From a virus (taxonomy: Duplodnaviria > Heunggongvirae > Uroviricota > Caudoviricetes): a stretch of DNA of 37,327 bases. The translations under genes and the position numbers were made by a program. The notes below the pieces were generated by a model. It was not told the origin of the DNA and searched no databases. It was given only the letters and a program-made list of their open reading frames with translations. Each line of letters begins with the position of its first letter. Position 1 is the first letter of the stretch. Shown piece after piece: positions 10,545-19,367 of this stretch. Location: IMG/VR virus record IMGVR_UViG_3300029886_000148. One strand, given 5' to 3'.

Positions 10545-10592
10545 AAATGATGGTATTTGTCTGCTTGCAGGGATAATCAACATAATGCTGAT

Positions 10593-11159
10593 TCAGGGGG
10601 ATTCATTGCTCTTATTTGCCGGAAATTTTCTATAAATTGTGGAAACACCCACATCAAAAATCAGTGCAATACGCTGTCTTGATTCTCCGGCCTCGAGTAA
10701 ACGTCCAATCTGTGCCCACTGTTCGGTCGTCAACTTAGGACGGCGTCCACCTACTCTGCCTTTAGCACGAGCTGCAGCCAGCCCCGCCCTGGTACGTTCA
10801 ACTATCAGTTCGCGTTCCATTTCAGCCAGGGCCCCCATGACATGAAAAAAGAAACGGCCCATTGGGGTGCTGGTATCAATACTGTCAGTCAGGCTTCGGA
10901 AATTCACGCCACGCTGGCGCAACTCTTCTATCAGCGTAACAAGATGCCGCATACTGCGCCCCAACCTGTCCAGCTTCCAGACAACCAGCGTGTCTCCTGC
11001 CGATAGTGTCCTGAGCAGCTTTTTCAGCCCCGGTCTGTCGGACTTGGTGCCACTGATTTTATCCTCAAAAATCCGCTCACATCCCGCACAGTTCAGTGCA
11101 TTGCGTTGCAAATCGGTGTTCTGGTCATTTGTTGACACGCGTACATAGCCAATAAGCAT
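10593..11159 (-). CDS. serine DNA invertase, Gin/Pin/Hin family
   Basis: From the internal ATG: MLIGYVRVSTNDQNTDLQRNAL...TLVVWKLDRLGRS...GRFFFHVMGALAEMERELIVERT...; near-identical motif set to Mu Gin / e14 Pin as I remember them, with catalytic Ser in YVRVST and a C-terminal HTH. Confidence 0.9.
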   Translation of the reverse strand: MLIGYVRVSTNDQNTDLQRNALNCAGCERIFEDKISGTKSDRPGLKKLLRTLSAGDTLVVWKLDRLGRSMRHLVTLIEELRQRGVNFRSLTDSIDTSTPMGRFFFHVMGALAEMERELIVERTRAGLAAARAKGRVGGRRPKLTTEQWAQIGRLLEAGESRQRIALIFDVGVSTIYRKFPANKSNESP

Positions 11160-11214
11160 GATCATCCCCCTGAATAAAAACCGGGGATGATGCCAGTTAG
11201 CCGTAATCTCTGCA

Positions 11215-11240
11215 TTTTCTTAAACGTTGGTTTGGGAGAA
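11215..11240. repeat. invertase crossover site, left (gix/hix-like 26 bp)
   Basis: TTTTCTTAAACG-TT-GGTTTGGGAGAA; the inner 12-bp half plus core is a perfect inverted copy of the inner half of the site at 12826..12851. Confidence 0.6.
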
Positions 11241-11738
11241 GGCTCTGCATTACCTGTCGGCGTGCCTGTTCCGTGGCCTTCCGCCACTCCGCCGACAGGC
11301 TGGCTGAAATGCAATGGTGCGGCTTTTTCTGCTGAAGAATACCCGGAACTGGCAAAGGCTTACCCGACAAATAAATTGCCTGATTTACGCGGTGAATTTA
11401 TTCGTGGCTGGGATGATGGGCGTAGTGCGGATGCGGGGAGAACAATATTATCCGCTCAGGGCGATGCCATACGTAATATCTATGGTGAGTTCAAGACTGT
11501 AAACACCGAAAATTATTCAATATGGGAATCAGTAGGCTCGTTTAAGGGGGCAGTGGTGCCTTTGAACCCCTCAACGAACAATAGTTATTTCTCCTTAGTC
11601 AGAAGTATGGTGACAGAAAGGTCCGAGGGCGGTGTTTACCCAAAAGTGATTGGCCTTGATGCTTCAAGAATTGTTCCAACTGCAAACGAAAATCGACCCC
11701 GTAACATTGCCTTTAATTATATCGTGAGGGCTGCCTGA
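11229..11738 (+). CDS. silent alternative tail-fibre C-terminal segment (Sv'-like), promoterless
   Basis: Frame open from the crossover site; encodes GLGEGSALPVGVPVPWPSATPPTGWLKCNGAAFSAEEYPELAKAY...NIAFNYIVRAA, a tail-collar-type fibre C-terminus. The GLGE codons are in frame with the GLGE of H at the right crossover site. Confidence 0.7.
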   Translation, partial: GLGEGSALPVGVPVPWPSATPPTGWLKCNGAAFSAEEYPELAKAYPTNKLPDLRGEFIRGWDDGRSADAGRTILSAQGDAIRNIYGEFKTVNTENYSIWESVGSFKGAVVPLNPSTNNSYFSLVRSMVTERSEGGVYPKVIGLDASRIVPTANENRPRNIAFNYIVRAA

Positions 11739-12343
11739 TGGATAAAGCTATATTAAATAAGGAACTCATCGCCACAAAGGCGGGAGATATTACCGTTTAT
11801 AATTATGATGGTGAAACACGAGAATATATTTCCACATCAACCGAATATCTTGCTGTGGGTGTTGGTATCCCGGCATGTTCCTGTTTAGATGCTCCTGGCT
11901 CATATAAAGCTGGTTATGCAATTTGCCGTTCTGCAGATTTTAACTCATGGGAATATGTGCCAGACCATCGCGGTGAAATCGTCTATAGCACCGAAACAGG
12001 AGAATCAAAAGAAATCACAGCTCCGGGTGATTACCCTGAAAAGACAACCACTATCGCCCCGTTAACGCCATACGATAAATGGGATGGTGAGAAATGGGTG
12101 ACGGATACCGAGGCACAGCATAGAGCAGCAGTAGACATGGCAGAAACACAGCGGCAGTCGCTGATTGATGCTGCAATGGTTTCCATTAGTCTGATTCAAC
12201 TGAAATTGCAGGCCGGGCGGAAGCTGACGCAGGCAGAAAACACCCGACTTAACGCCGTGCTGGATTACACTGACGCGGTGATGGCAACAGATACCAGCAC
12301 CGCGTCAGATGTCATCTGGCCAGTTCCTCCTGAGACGGTTTAA
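11738..12343 (+). CDS. tail fibre assembly protein (alternative, tfa')
   Basis: 201 aa directly coupled to Sv' (start overlaps its stop); size and composition typical of Mu U / P2 G-type fibre chaperones. Confidence 0.75.
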   Translation: MDKAILNKELIATKAGDITVYNYDGETREYISTSTEYLAVGVGIPACSCLDAPGSYKAGYAICRSADFNSWEYVPDHRGEIVYSTETGESKEITAPGDYPEKTTTIAPLTPYDKWDGEKWVTDTEAQHRAAVDMAETQRQSLIDAAMVSISLIQLKLQAGRKLTQAENTRLNAVLDYTDAVMATDTSTASDVIWPVPPETV

Positions 12344-12599
12344 TCTCAATCAGAATGGGTTCTCCCTTCTCGTTAACAGATATTTCCATTCCTTCAGGGA
12401 TTTCAGATGCAGTAAAAAACCAGTTATCTTCTGGTAATTCAACAGCCCCGGTCACGTCATGAAGACCGGGGATTACTTCAGTCAAAGTAACAGGATTAAA
12501 CAGGCGCACAATAAACCCTCCAGGAAAAAGCACTTGTTGATGGTTTTCCGTCGTACATCTGGCAGCGGACATAAAAACCGGTATTAGTGACCTGGTCAT
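12312..12599 (-). CDS. putative short tail-fibre chaperone for the currently expressed H variant (start uncertain)
   Basis: 95-aa ORF immediately downstream of H, inside the invertible segment; overlaps the H 3' end, so the real start may be internal. No motif recognised. Confidence 0.3.
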   Translation of the reverse strand: MTRSLIPVFMSAARCTTENHQQVLFPGGFIVRLFNPVTLTEVIPGLHDVTGAVELPEDNWFFTASEIPEGMEISVNEKGEPILIEIKPSQEELAR

Positions 12600-13887
12600 C
12601 CACGATCATTGAAACGTGAACGTTATTAGATGTGCTCCCGTAATCCGTTCTTATTCTTTCCGCTATGCTGATAAAACGTGAAAGCTTAGGTAGCGCAATT
12701 GGATAAACGACTTTAGCCAGTCCATTATCATTAGAACCCCCCGTTCCAAAGACTTCTATTGCACCATCTGACCAGCGTATCCACGCACCATTGGCATTAG
12801 CTCCTCGCTGAATGACATATCTGGCTTCTCCCAAACCAAGGTATGCGAGAAGACCAGCTACATCCTTTCCACTCAAATTAGTCAGCGTATTGTCCAGCGG
12901 TTGTTTGCCTGCCAGCGCATTAAGCATTGTCGTGGCAAAGTTCGGGTCATTCCCCAGCGCCGCTGCCAGTTCGTTCAATGTATCCAGTGCCGCAGGTGCA
13001 GACCCCACCATTGCTGCAATCGCCGATTTCACAAAAGCTGTAGTGGCAATCTGTGTATTGTTGACCGACTGTGCCGCAGTAGGTGCTGTTGGCGTTCCGG
13101 TGAGTGCAGGACTCAACAGCGGCGCTTTTTGTGCCAGCGCATTGTTAATGGTGGTACTGAATTTCGGATCATTGTTAATGGCTGCAGCTATTTCTTTCAG
13201 TGTGTCCAGCGTGGCTGGCGCACCATTAATAAGGGCTGTCAGTGCCGCCTGAACAAACGCGGTGGTCGCAAGCTGCGTAGTATTATTCCCCGCCGCTGGC
13301 GTTGGCGCTTTTGGTGTCCCGGTAAACGCCGGACTTTCTTTCTGTGCATACTGTGAATGCGGGTCCGGTGCGGCAAGATGTTTTGCCATCAGGTCATCCA
13401 CGTACACCTTCAGCTCCAGTGCCTTGTCATCCACATACTTGCGGGTTGCCAGCACTACAGCAGGGTCGATTTTCAAGGTGATATTGTCCGTGCTGCTGGT
13501 AATCAGCACCATGCGCACGGTCTGGGTGCGCCCGCTGCCTTCAGCCAGTTGCGGCTTATAGCTTTCCGGGCAGTTGCCCACGGCAATCAATGCACCTGAT
13601 TCATCAAACAGGCCCACTTCACGTATCCACCAACCACCCTCGTTTTCAGGGATCACCTGTTCAGCAATAATCTGGCTGCTGTTCTGCGGGTCGATATAGA
13701 GCATATTCAGCGCAGCCCGGCGTTTCTCATTCACCAGTGCAGTCTGCTTTGCGTCCGGCGTTGGCAATACTCCGCCGCCATCGCCCACCGCCATATGGGT
13801 AATTTTTAGCGGCACACCGAGCGCGGCGGCGCTGGCAAGTTTCGCCGCGCCAATATCCGTCAGCAGGGTATAAAATTTTGTGCTCAT
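12496..13887 (-). CDS. H: tail fibre protein H (constant N-terminal part 12839..13887 + currently expressed variable C-terminus 12496..12838)
   Basis: N-terminus MSTKFYTLLTDIGAAKLASAAALGVPLKITHMAVGDGGG resembles P2 gpH; two ~70-aa internal repeats; the crossover site falls at codons AYL-GLGE. Confidence 0.9.
   Translation of the reverse strand: MSTKFYTLLTDIGAAKLASAAALGVPLKITHMAVGDGGGVLPTPDAKQTALVNEKRRAALNMLYIDPQNSSQIIAEQVIPENEGGWWIREVGLFDESGALIAVGNCPESYKPQLAEGSGRTQTVRMVLITSSTDNITLKIDPAVVLATRKYVDDKALELKVYVDDLMAKHLAAPDPHSQYAQKESPAFTGTPKAPTPAAGNNTTQLATTAFVQAALTALINGAPATLDTLKEIAAAINNDPKFSTTINNALAQKAPLLSPALTGTPTAPTAAQSVNNTQIATTAFVKSAIAAMVGSAPAALDTLNELAAALGNDPNFATTMLNALAGKQPLDNTLTNLSGKDVAGLLAYLGLGEARYVIQRGANANGAWIRWSDGAIEVFGTGGSNDNGLAKVVYPIALPKLSRFISIAERIRTDYGSTSNNVHVSMIVDDQVTNTGFYVRCQMYDGKPSTSAFSWRVYCAPV
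12826..12851. repeat. invertase crossover site, right (within H)
   Basis: TTCTCCCAAACC-AA-GGTATGCGAGAA; the inner half TTCTCCCAAACC + core is the exact reverse complement of 11227..11240. Confidence 0.6.
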
Positions 13888-14489
13888 GGATTCACTCTCA
13901 TTGTGTCAATAACATGGACCGCCCCGCCTTCATGCGCGGTGCCACCGGAAATAATCGTTTCGTTGATATACGGATAGATCGTGATTTCTTCGCCAAGATA
14001 GCTGGCGGCTCCCACCCAATACGGGCCGCTGGTCTGCAGATTGATGGACATGCCGATCATGTGGCGGCTACATGGTTTGGCATCGCTTATCAGTCGCTCA
14101 AGTTCCAGATAGGTATCTTCAGTGATGCCCTGGTCCTGCACGCCGATATCCAGGCGAAACGTGCCCGGTGCCTCTCCGGTTTGCCACCACTCAATAATGC
14201 GGATCAGAAAGCCGAACGGCTCCACCACCCGCCGCACGGCACTGGTGGTCCCTTTATGCTGATGAATATAAAAAGCATCCTTCACCACCTGGCGCTTGAC
14301 GCTTTCTGTCCAGCCTTCGTCCCAGCGATCCACAGAGAACGCCCAGGCGAGATAAGGCAGGAAGCTGACCGGGCAGGTAGCCGGATTCCACAAGTCACGA
14401 AGCGGCACCTGCAGATCAGAAATCCCGCTGCAGGTTTGCGCCAGTCGGCGCTCCAGTGGTGTTGAACCCGGTGGCAGCAGACTATTCAT
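13884..14489 (-). CDS. I: baseplate assembly protein I
   Basis: 201 aa between J and H, as in P2. Confidence 0.8.
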   Translation of the reverse strand: MNSLLPPGSTPLERRLAQTCSGISDLQVPLRDLWNPATCPVSFLPYLAWAFSVDRWDEGWTESVKRQVVKDAFYIHQHKGTTSAVRRVVEPFGFLIRIIEWWQTGEAPGTFRLDIGVQDQGITEDTYLELERLISDAKPCSRHMIGMSINLQTSGPYWVGAASYLGEEITIYPYINETIISGGTAHEGGAVHVIDTMRVNP

Positions 14490-15390
14490 CCGTTCCTCCG
14501 TTGGTTACGCTCCACTGCGTACATGATGCCGCCTGTGTTTTGTTCAGGACCACATCCGCCAGAGGAGAAGCCAGCTCCACACGCTGCACTCCCTCAACAT
14601 GAAGGGCGGCAAAGATGGCGCTACGGCGAATATCCCGACCAAGACGCGTCTGACTGGCGATGTACTTCTGCAGGCTGGCTTTTGCCGCTGCCATTACCGG
14701 CTCTGCTTCCGGTCCCGGATAGAGAAAAATGGTGGCTTCCACGCGATACGGGATGATTTCTGCGCTGCGAACCGTAAGACGGTCAGCCACCGGGCGGACG
14801 TTCTCACTGTTCAGAGCTTTTTCCACCACGTCCAGCAGGTCCTTTTCTGCAGTTCCATCGCCTTCGCGGCTAAGGACAGTCAGCACCACCTCTGCAGGTG
14901 CCGGGCTGGTTGCACTGGCATCCGCCACCCGACCGTCGGCGCTTCGGGCATGAAATTCATAAGCTGCAGTTGGCCCCGCAACTGAAAGTCCTTCAAAGGC
15001 TGCAGGCACACGCAGGCGTAACGCTTCATCACTTTCCATCACAGCCGCAACAGGCGGTACAGCGTCATCATCAGCAGGTGTCACCGTCAGGCGTTTCACG
15101 TTGTAGTTGGCAGCGAGCTGGTCAAGATCGCCGCCCATCGCGTAAGCCACCATCACAGCATGCGCGGCTTCGTTAATGCGCTGGCGCAGAAGCAACTCAC
15201 GGTAAGCGTTCTCCTGAAGCAATTTGGTGACGGGTTCAGATTCCAGTTCCAGCGTGCGGATCACTGCTTCCTGCTCATTTTTCGGATGAAGCGCAACAAA
15301 TTCGGCCTTGCGTTCGGCAAGCAGCGTCTCAAAGTCCGGCACATCCACAATCTGCGGCGCAGGCAACTGCGAAAGGTCAATCACTGCCAT
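14482..15390 (-). CDS. J: baseplate protein J
   Basis: About 300 aa from the internal ATG (MAVIDLSQLPAPQI...); the track ORF has a 13-aa extension. Size and position match P2 gpJ. Confidence 0.85.
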   Translation of the reverse strand: MAVIDLSQLPAPQIVDVPDFETLLAERKAEFVALHPKNEQEAVIRTLELESEPVTKLLQENAYRELLLRQRINEAAHAVMVAYAMGGDLDQLAANYNVKRLTVTPADDDAVPPVAAVMESDEALRLRVPAAFEGLSVAGPTAAYEFHARSADGRVADASATSPAPAEVVLTVLSREGDGTAEKDLLDVVEKALNSENVRPVADRLTVRSAEIIPYRVEATIFLYPGPEAEPVMAAAKASLQKYIASQTRLGRDIRRSAIFAALHVEGVQRVELASPLADVVLNKTQAASCTQWSVTNGGTDE

Positions 15391-15736
15391 TCTCTGCTCC
15401 TGTTGATACGGAAAGGGAAACAGGCACACCGTTATTACGCCGCCCGGTCAGCTCCACCACCATTGAACCGTCAAAATTGCTGTTAATGGTGATGGAATCC
15501 AGCGTCAGCCGTGGCTCCCAGCGACTCAGCGCCACATACACTGCCGACATGACCTGCAGGCGTAATGCCGGATTTTGTGGCTGATCTATTAAAACCGACA
15601 GGAGGGAACCATATTCCCGGCGGGCAATACGGCTACCCTGCGGTGTCAGCAGAATGTCCCGCACCGACTGGCGCAGATGATCAATATCAGTAATGACTTT
15701 GCCGCTGGTATTGTTCATCCCGCTATAAAGCGTCAT
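15377..15736 (-). CDS. W: baseplate wedge protein W
   Basis: 119 aa between V and J; matches P2 gpW size and position. Confidence 0.8.
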   Translation of the reverse strand: MTLYSGMNNTSGKVITDIDHLRQSVRDILLTPQGSRIARREYGSLLSVLIDQPQNPALRLQVMSAVYVALSRWEPRLTLDSITINSNFDGSMVVELTGRRNNGVPVSLSVSTGAENGSD

Positions 15737-16311
15737 ACCGGGCCTCCGGTTGTGTCGCCGCCTTTCAGGACGCCAGTATGCTGATGCGCATCAACGACGA
15801 TCCCGTTAGAACTCATCACTCCGCCGCCCTGAGTAACGCCACCATTGACCACCACTTCGCTGTTAATACGCGTGCGGTCAGCCTCCAGCACAAACTCACT
15901 GGTTTTCAGGGTAATGTTGTTGGCAGCCTCAATGACCATGGATTTGATGCCCCTGACATACCAGCGCCCGGTGGCGGGTTCATATTCAAACCAGCCGCCG
16001 TCAGGATGCTCTGTCACGCAGGCATCCGCCGACGTCGACGGCGGTGCAAACTGATTCGAATAGATGGCGGGCAACGCAAAGGCGGTTTCCAGATTGCCGC
16101 CCAGACTCAGCAGCACCACCTGTTCGCCTTCCGATGGTCGCCACCATGTCCGGGCATTCCCGGCACGCAGCGTCAGCCAACTGATCCAGTTGGTTTCTAA
16201 GTCACCCGTTTTCACCCGGCAAAGCCAGTTCTTCCTATCCACTTCGGTAACTACACCAGTGCGGATCAGGTTGGTGATAAGGCGCATGATTTCGGTTAAT
16301 TGTGCGTTCAC
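15733..16311 (-). CDS. V: baseplate spike / central hub protein V
   Basis: 192 aa; OB-fold-like N-terminus and Gly-rich C-terminal tip (GGVTQGGGV...GGDTTGGPV); position as P2 gpV. Confidence 0.85.
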   Translation of the reverse strand: MNAQLTEIMRLITNLIRTGVVTEVDRKNWLCRVKTGDLETNWISWLTLRAGNARTWWRPSEGEQVVLLSLGGNLETAFALPAIYSNQFAPPSTSADACVTEHPDGGWFEYEPATGRWYVRGIKSMVIEAANNITLKTSEFVLEADRTRINSEVVVNGGVTQGGGVMSSNGIVVDAHQHTGVLKGGDTTGGPV

Positions 16312-16371
16312 CCTTCCCCCCTTAAAGGTGAACTGTATCTCAATAAGTTGTATTATTATCAGTGTTGTAGT

Positions 16372-16389
16372 TGTACTGTTAACGACACA
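16372..16389 (-). promoter_or_regulatory. putative Ogr-binding dyad (TGT-N12-ACA) of the V late promoter
   Basis: TGTACTGTTAACGACACA, ~60-80 bp upstream of the V start codon, in the short V/ATPase intergenic region. Confidence 0.45.
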
Positions 16390-16398
16390 AGGGAATAT

Positions 16399-17628
16399 AT
16401 GCTTACATCAATAAATGAAATTTATGCTCCAATTCCATACACTAATAAGACAGCAAACTTATTGCTTGACGGTAAAAACCTCATAATAACTGGTGGTAAC
16501 GGGTGTGGAAAAACTAGTTTCATTAGATCTATTTATGATTTCCTTAAAAATAAGATAGATAGACCTAATGATCATAACATCAATAATTTATACAGTACGT
16601 TAGAGTCCTACAAATATCAATTAAATAACGGCGGGCGTGACGACGTTAATTACAACTTTTATTCTGAAGAAATAAAAAACATTGAATTAAAAATTCAACA
16701 ATTAAAAGCCATTAGAATAGAAACAAAAGAAAAAGAAGGTGAAACACGTTCACTATTGAGATTTCACAAAGCTCTACGTGAAGCATCAATTACCTCGCCA
16801 GTTGCCGTTCCTAGGCTATCGGCTTTAATTAATGAAAAATCACATTTTTCTAATGAAGTAGATGGTGATGATTTCTTTGAGAATTATTTGGTTAGCTTAA
16901 AAACAGCTCAGAGCTATGCAATTTCTTTTGATAATGACCATAAGAAAGCTCAGCGGATACAGAAATGGTTTGATAAAATTGAAACTGATATGCAGGAACT
17001 TTTTGAAGATAAAAACCTCTTACTAACGTTTGATAGTAACGAAGGAAAATTTTATCTCAATCAAGATGGTAAAGATAAGTTTACTTTTCAAACATTATCT
17101 TCTGGCTACTCATCAATATTGAGAATTTACGCTGACTTAATAATGAGAGTAGAGATGTGGGGTTTAACACCTGACAGTATCGAAGGTATTATTTTTATTG
17201 ATGAAATAGATGCGCATTTACATGTTTCTTTGCAAAAGCAAATATTAAGATTTTTTAGTCACTCCTTTCCTAAAGTACAATTCATTGTCACTACACATTC
17301 TCCGTTTGTTGTTACATCCGTCACAAATGCCATCATTTATGATCTATCGACCAACGCGAAAATTAGTGATGTGTCTTCATATTCTTATGGTATCATCCTT
17401 CAAGAATTATTCGGAGTAAGTCCAATATCTAAAGTTCTTTCAGATAAGTTAGAACAACTTCAAGATATTATTGACAATATTAACAACAACAATATTGAAA
17501 CTGCCAATAACATAATACAATCCTTAGCACCTTTAGATGAATCCATGGACATCCATGCAAGTGCATTTATTGACTATGCAAAAATGCAGATACTAAAATA
17601 TAAAAAAGCAAACTCTCAGGAGAAATAA
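16399..17628 (+). CDS. ABC-type (AAA_15/AAA_21-like) ATPase, Septu PtuA-like
   Basis: Walker A LIITGGNGCGKTSF, signature-like LSSGYSSIL, Walker B IIFIDEIDAHLH, H-loop TTHSPF, with a long insertion between Walker A and B (SMC/RecF-like). AT-rich. Start taken at the ATG after an AAGGGA RBS, because the track ORF start (16300) would overlap the V start codon. Confidence 0.8.
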   Translation: MLTSINEIYAPIPYTNKTANLLLDGKNLIITGGNGCGKTSFIRSIYDFLKNKIDRPNDHNINNLYSTLESYKYQLNNGGRDDVNYNFYSEEIKNIELKIQQLKAIRIETKEKEGETRSLLRFHKALREASITSPVAVPRLSALINEKSHFSNEVDGDDFFENYLVSLKTAQSYAISFDNDHKKAQRIQKWFDKIETDMQELFEDKNLLLTFDSNEGKFYLNQDGKDKFTFQTLSSGYSSILRIYADLIMRVEMWGLTPDSIEGIIFIDEIDAHLHVSLQKQILRFFSHSFPKVQFIVTTHSPFVVTSVTNAIIYDLSTNAKISDVSSYSYGIILQELFGVSPISKVLSDKLEQLQDIIDNINNNNIETANNIIQSLAPLDESMDIHASAFIDYAKMQILKYKKANSQEK

Positions 17629-18281
17629 TGTTCAAGGTTAATAGAACATATCCTGCACCAAAGTCTCTTTCCAAGAAAGCACGTTATGATGGTGCTGATG
17701 TACATGAAGCACTACAGGAATGTTTTTATGGAAAGTGTTACATTTGCGAAACAAAGAACCCTTTGGATATAAATATTGAACATTTTAAACCCAAGGGTGA
17801 TGATGTGGAAAAAGCTTTTGACTGGGATAATTTATATCTATCATGTTCCAGATGCAACAATATAAAACTATCAAAATATGACAACATTCTTGATTGCTGT
17901 AAAGAAAAGGTATGGGATCGAGTAAAATTACTCCCAGGATATTCTTTTAAAGCAAAAAAAATAACAGTAACAGCACTATTTAATGATATTGAAACGCAGA
18001 CGACTGCTGAGCTACTTGAGAAAGTATATAATAGCGACCATACCATGAGTAAAAAATTAACTTCTGCGGCACTTCGTACCCAAGTAGTGAAAACAACTCA
18101 AAAACTAATTAAAAATATTAATGAATATTATGAAGAAGATACTCCAACAGAACAAAAAAAATACTTAATTGAAAAAATGAAGATGATGATAAAAAGAGAC
18201 GCAGCTTTTTCATCATTTTGCAGATGGATCATTATGGAAGATGCTGAATTAGGTCCAATTCTTGAACCATTTATGGATTAG
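17628..18281 (+). CDS. HNH endonuclease, Septu PtuB-like
   Basis: CYICE...NIEHFKPKG...WDNLYLSCSRCNNIK is an HNH motif set; start overlaps the ATPase stop (TAATG), indicating translational coupling. Confidence 0.8.
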   Translation: MFKVNRTYPAPKSLSKKARYDGADVHEALQECFYGKCYICETKNPLDINIEHFKPKGDDVEKAFDWDNLYLSCSRCNNIKLSKYDNILDCCKEKVWDRVKLLPGYSFKAKKITVTALFNDIETQTTAELLEKVYNSDHTMSKKLTSAALRTQVVKTTQKLIKNINEYYEEDTPTEQKKYLIEKMKMMIKRDAAFSSFCRWIIMEDAELGPILEPFMD

Positions 18282-18290
18282 TAGTAAAAA

Positions 18291-18318
18291 CCCGCCTTCT
18301 AAGAAGGCGGTATTGATT
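18291..18318 (+). terminator. rho-independent terminator after the ATPase/HNH pair
   Basis: Hairpin CCGCCTTC-TAA-GAAGGCGG followed by TATTGATT, directly after the HNH stop codon. Confidence 0.5.
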
Positions 18319-18475
18319 ACATCCTAAAAGGGCGCACCAAAACCTTTAAAAAGAAACCACTTCCAGTTTTGTAAGATTTAAATCCAAAGGCAATAAGGCA
18401 GAGCCAAAACCAGTTGATAACCACGCCCAAAGGACGTGGTTTTCAGTCAGCAATAAATGATGTGGTTTAGTCACA

Positions 18476-18922
18476 TCATTTTATTAACAACTGAAACAAT
18501 ATATCTTTTACTATAGTTTCTGCATATTCATTCATTCCAAGTAAACGACGCTCTGCGTATCGTACTTCCGGTCCTTTTTGACTGACGCGATCACGCAGGC
18601 CGTAATGGTGAACCCGCGCAATGCGCTGCACCTTACCTTCAAACTGCACGCTGGCAGAATCGGCACTGGCGGCAGTTTTCAGGTATTTTGTGGTGCGCAG
18701 CTTTGCAAACATCTGACGTTTGATACGGCCTTTTTTACTGCGTGCTGTTACCCGTCGCGGTTCATAGCTGCTGCCGTCAGGGTTGCGCTGCATCCTGATA
18801 TTCTGCTGCTGTGTCCGGCGAAGTTCCTGCGCCAGCTGGCGCATCATGCTGCTTCTTGCGGCTGGCTCCAGATTCGCCAGCAAGGCACTCAACCAGTCAT
18901 CCACCTTCTGCAGTTCAGCCAC
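18476..18922 (-). CDS. S: tail completion protein S
   Basis: 148 aa, N-terminus MAELQKVDDWL..., position after R as in P2. Confidence 0.8.
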   Translation of the reverse strand: MAELQKVDDWLSALLANLEPAARSSMMRQLAQELRRTQQQNIRMQRNPDGSSYEPRRVTARSKKGRIKRQMFAKLRTTKYLKTAASADSASVQFEGKVQRIARVHHYGLRDRVSQKGPEVRYAERRLLGMNEYAETIVKDILFQLLIK

Positions 18923-19367
18923 GTTTCACCGTCCACATTTCTTCAGGTTCATCAGGTTCCGCTACCGCTTCAACGCTCGACACACTGCCGTCAGTGCTGA
19001 CCAGCACACGCTCCGTCAGTTGCAGGTTAAGACTGATATCACAGACATCGTTGCGCAAAATATCCACCTCAAAGGTGAATAGCTTTTCCCGTAACGCCGG
19101 GTTATTGATGGCATCGGGCTGGTTATCCCGCAGCCACAGTAAAACCGGAGCCATCAGCAGATTCTGGTCGCCGCTGAAATCCTCAATCACCACGTTCAGG
19201 GTGTAGCGGTACTCCCATGACATGGAGCTGGCCCCCGTGGCAACCAGCGAACCGTTATCCACAAACAGATGCAGTTTGTCCGGGTTATTGCGGACATAAG
19301 GCACTGCTTTATTGAGGGCGTGGCGCAGGGATTGTGGTTTGTTCACTGTTTCGCTCCTGACACGCAA
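18915..19367 (-). CDS. R: tail completion protein R
   Basis: 150 aa; similarity to P2 gpR as recalled (...RYTLNVVIEDFSGD...PVLLWLRDNQPD...). Confidence 0.8.
   Translation of the reverse strand: MRVRSETVNKPQSLRHALNKAVPYVRNNPDKLHLFVDNGSLVATGASSMSWEYRYTLNVVIEDFSGDQNLLMAPVLLWLRDNQPDAINNPALREKLFTFEVDILRNDVCDISLNLQLTERVLVSTDGSVSSVEAVAEPDEPEEMWTVKRG

Noticed and set aside
11187-11228. First 14 codons (MMPVSRNLCIFLNV) of the Sv' ORF
   Set aside because: They lie outside or across the crossover site and have no promoter or RBS; the segment is read only after inversion, as a fusion with H.
12812-13599. Plus-strand ORFs (146, 151, 99, 80 aa), including a Cys/Arg-rich one
   Set aside because: Antisense within tail fibre gene H; generated by the repeat-rich fibre shaft sequence.
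16300-16398. Upstream extension of the ATPase ORF (track start at 16300)
   Set aside because: It would overlap the V start codon and the putative Ogr box; the ATG at 16399 has an RBS and gives a normal Walker A spacing.
18319-18475. Additional small inverted repeats between the HNH terminator and gene S (for example AATGATGTG/CACATCATT)
   Set aside because: Short, with no regular spacing; most likely terminator or RNA-stability hairpins for the convergent transcripts, not a CRISPR array or structured RNA gene.
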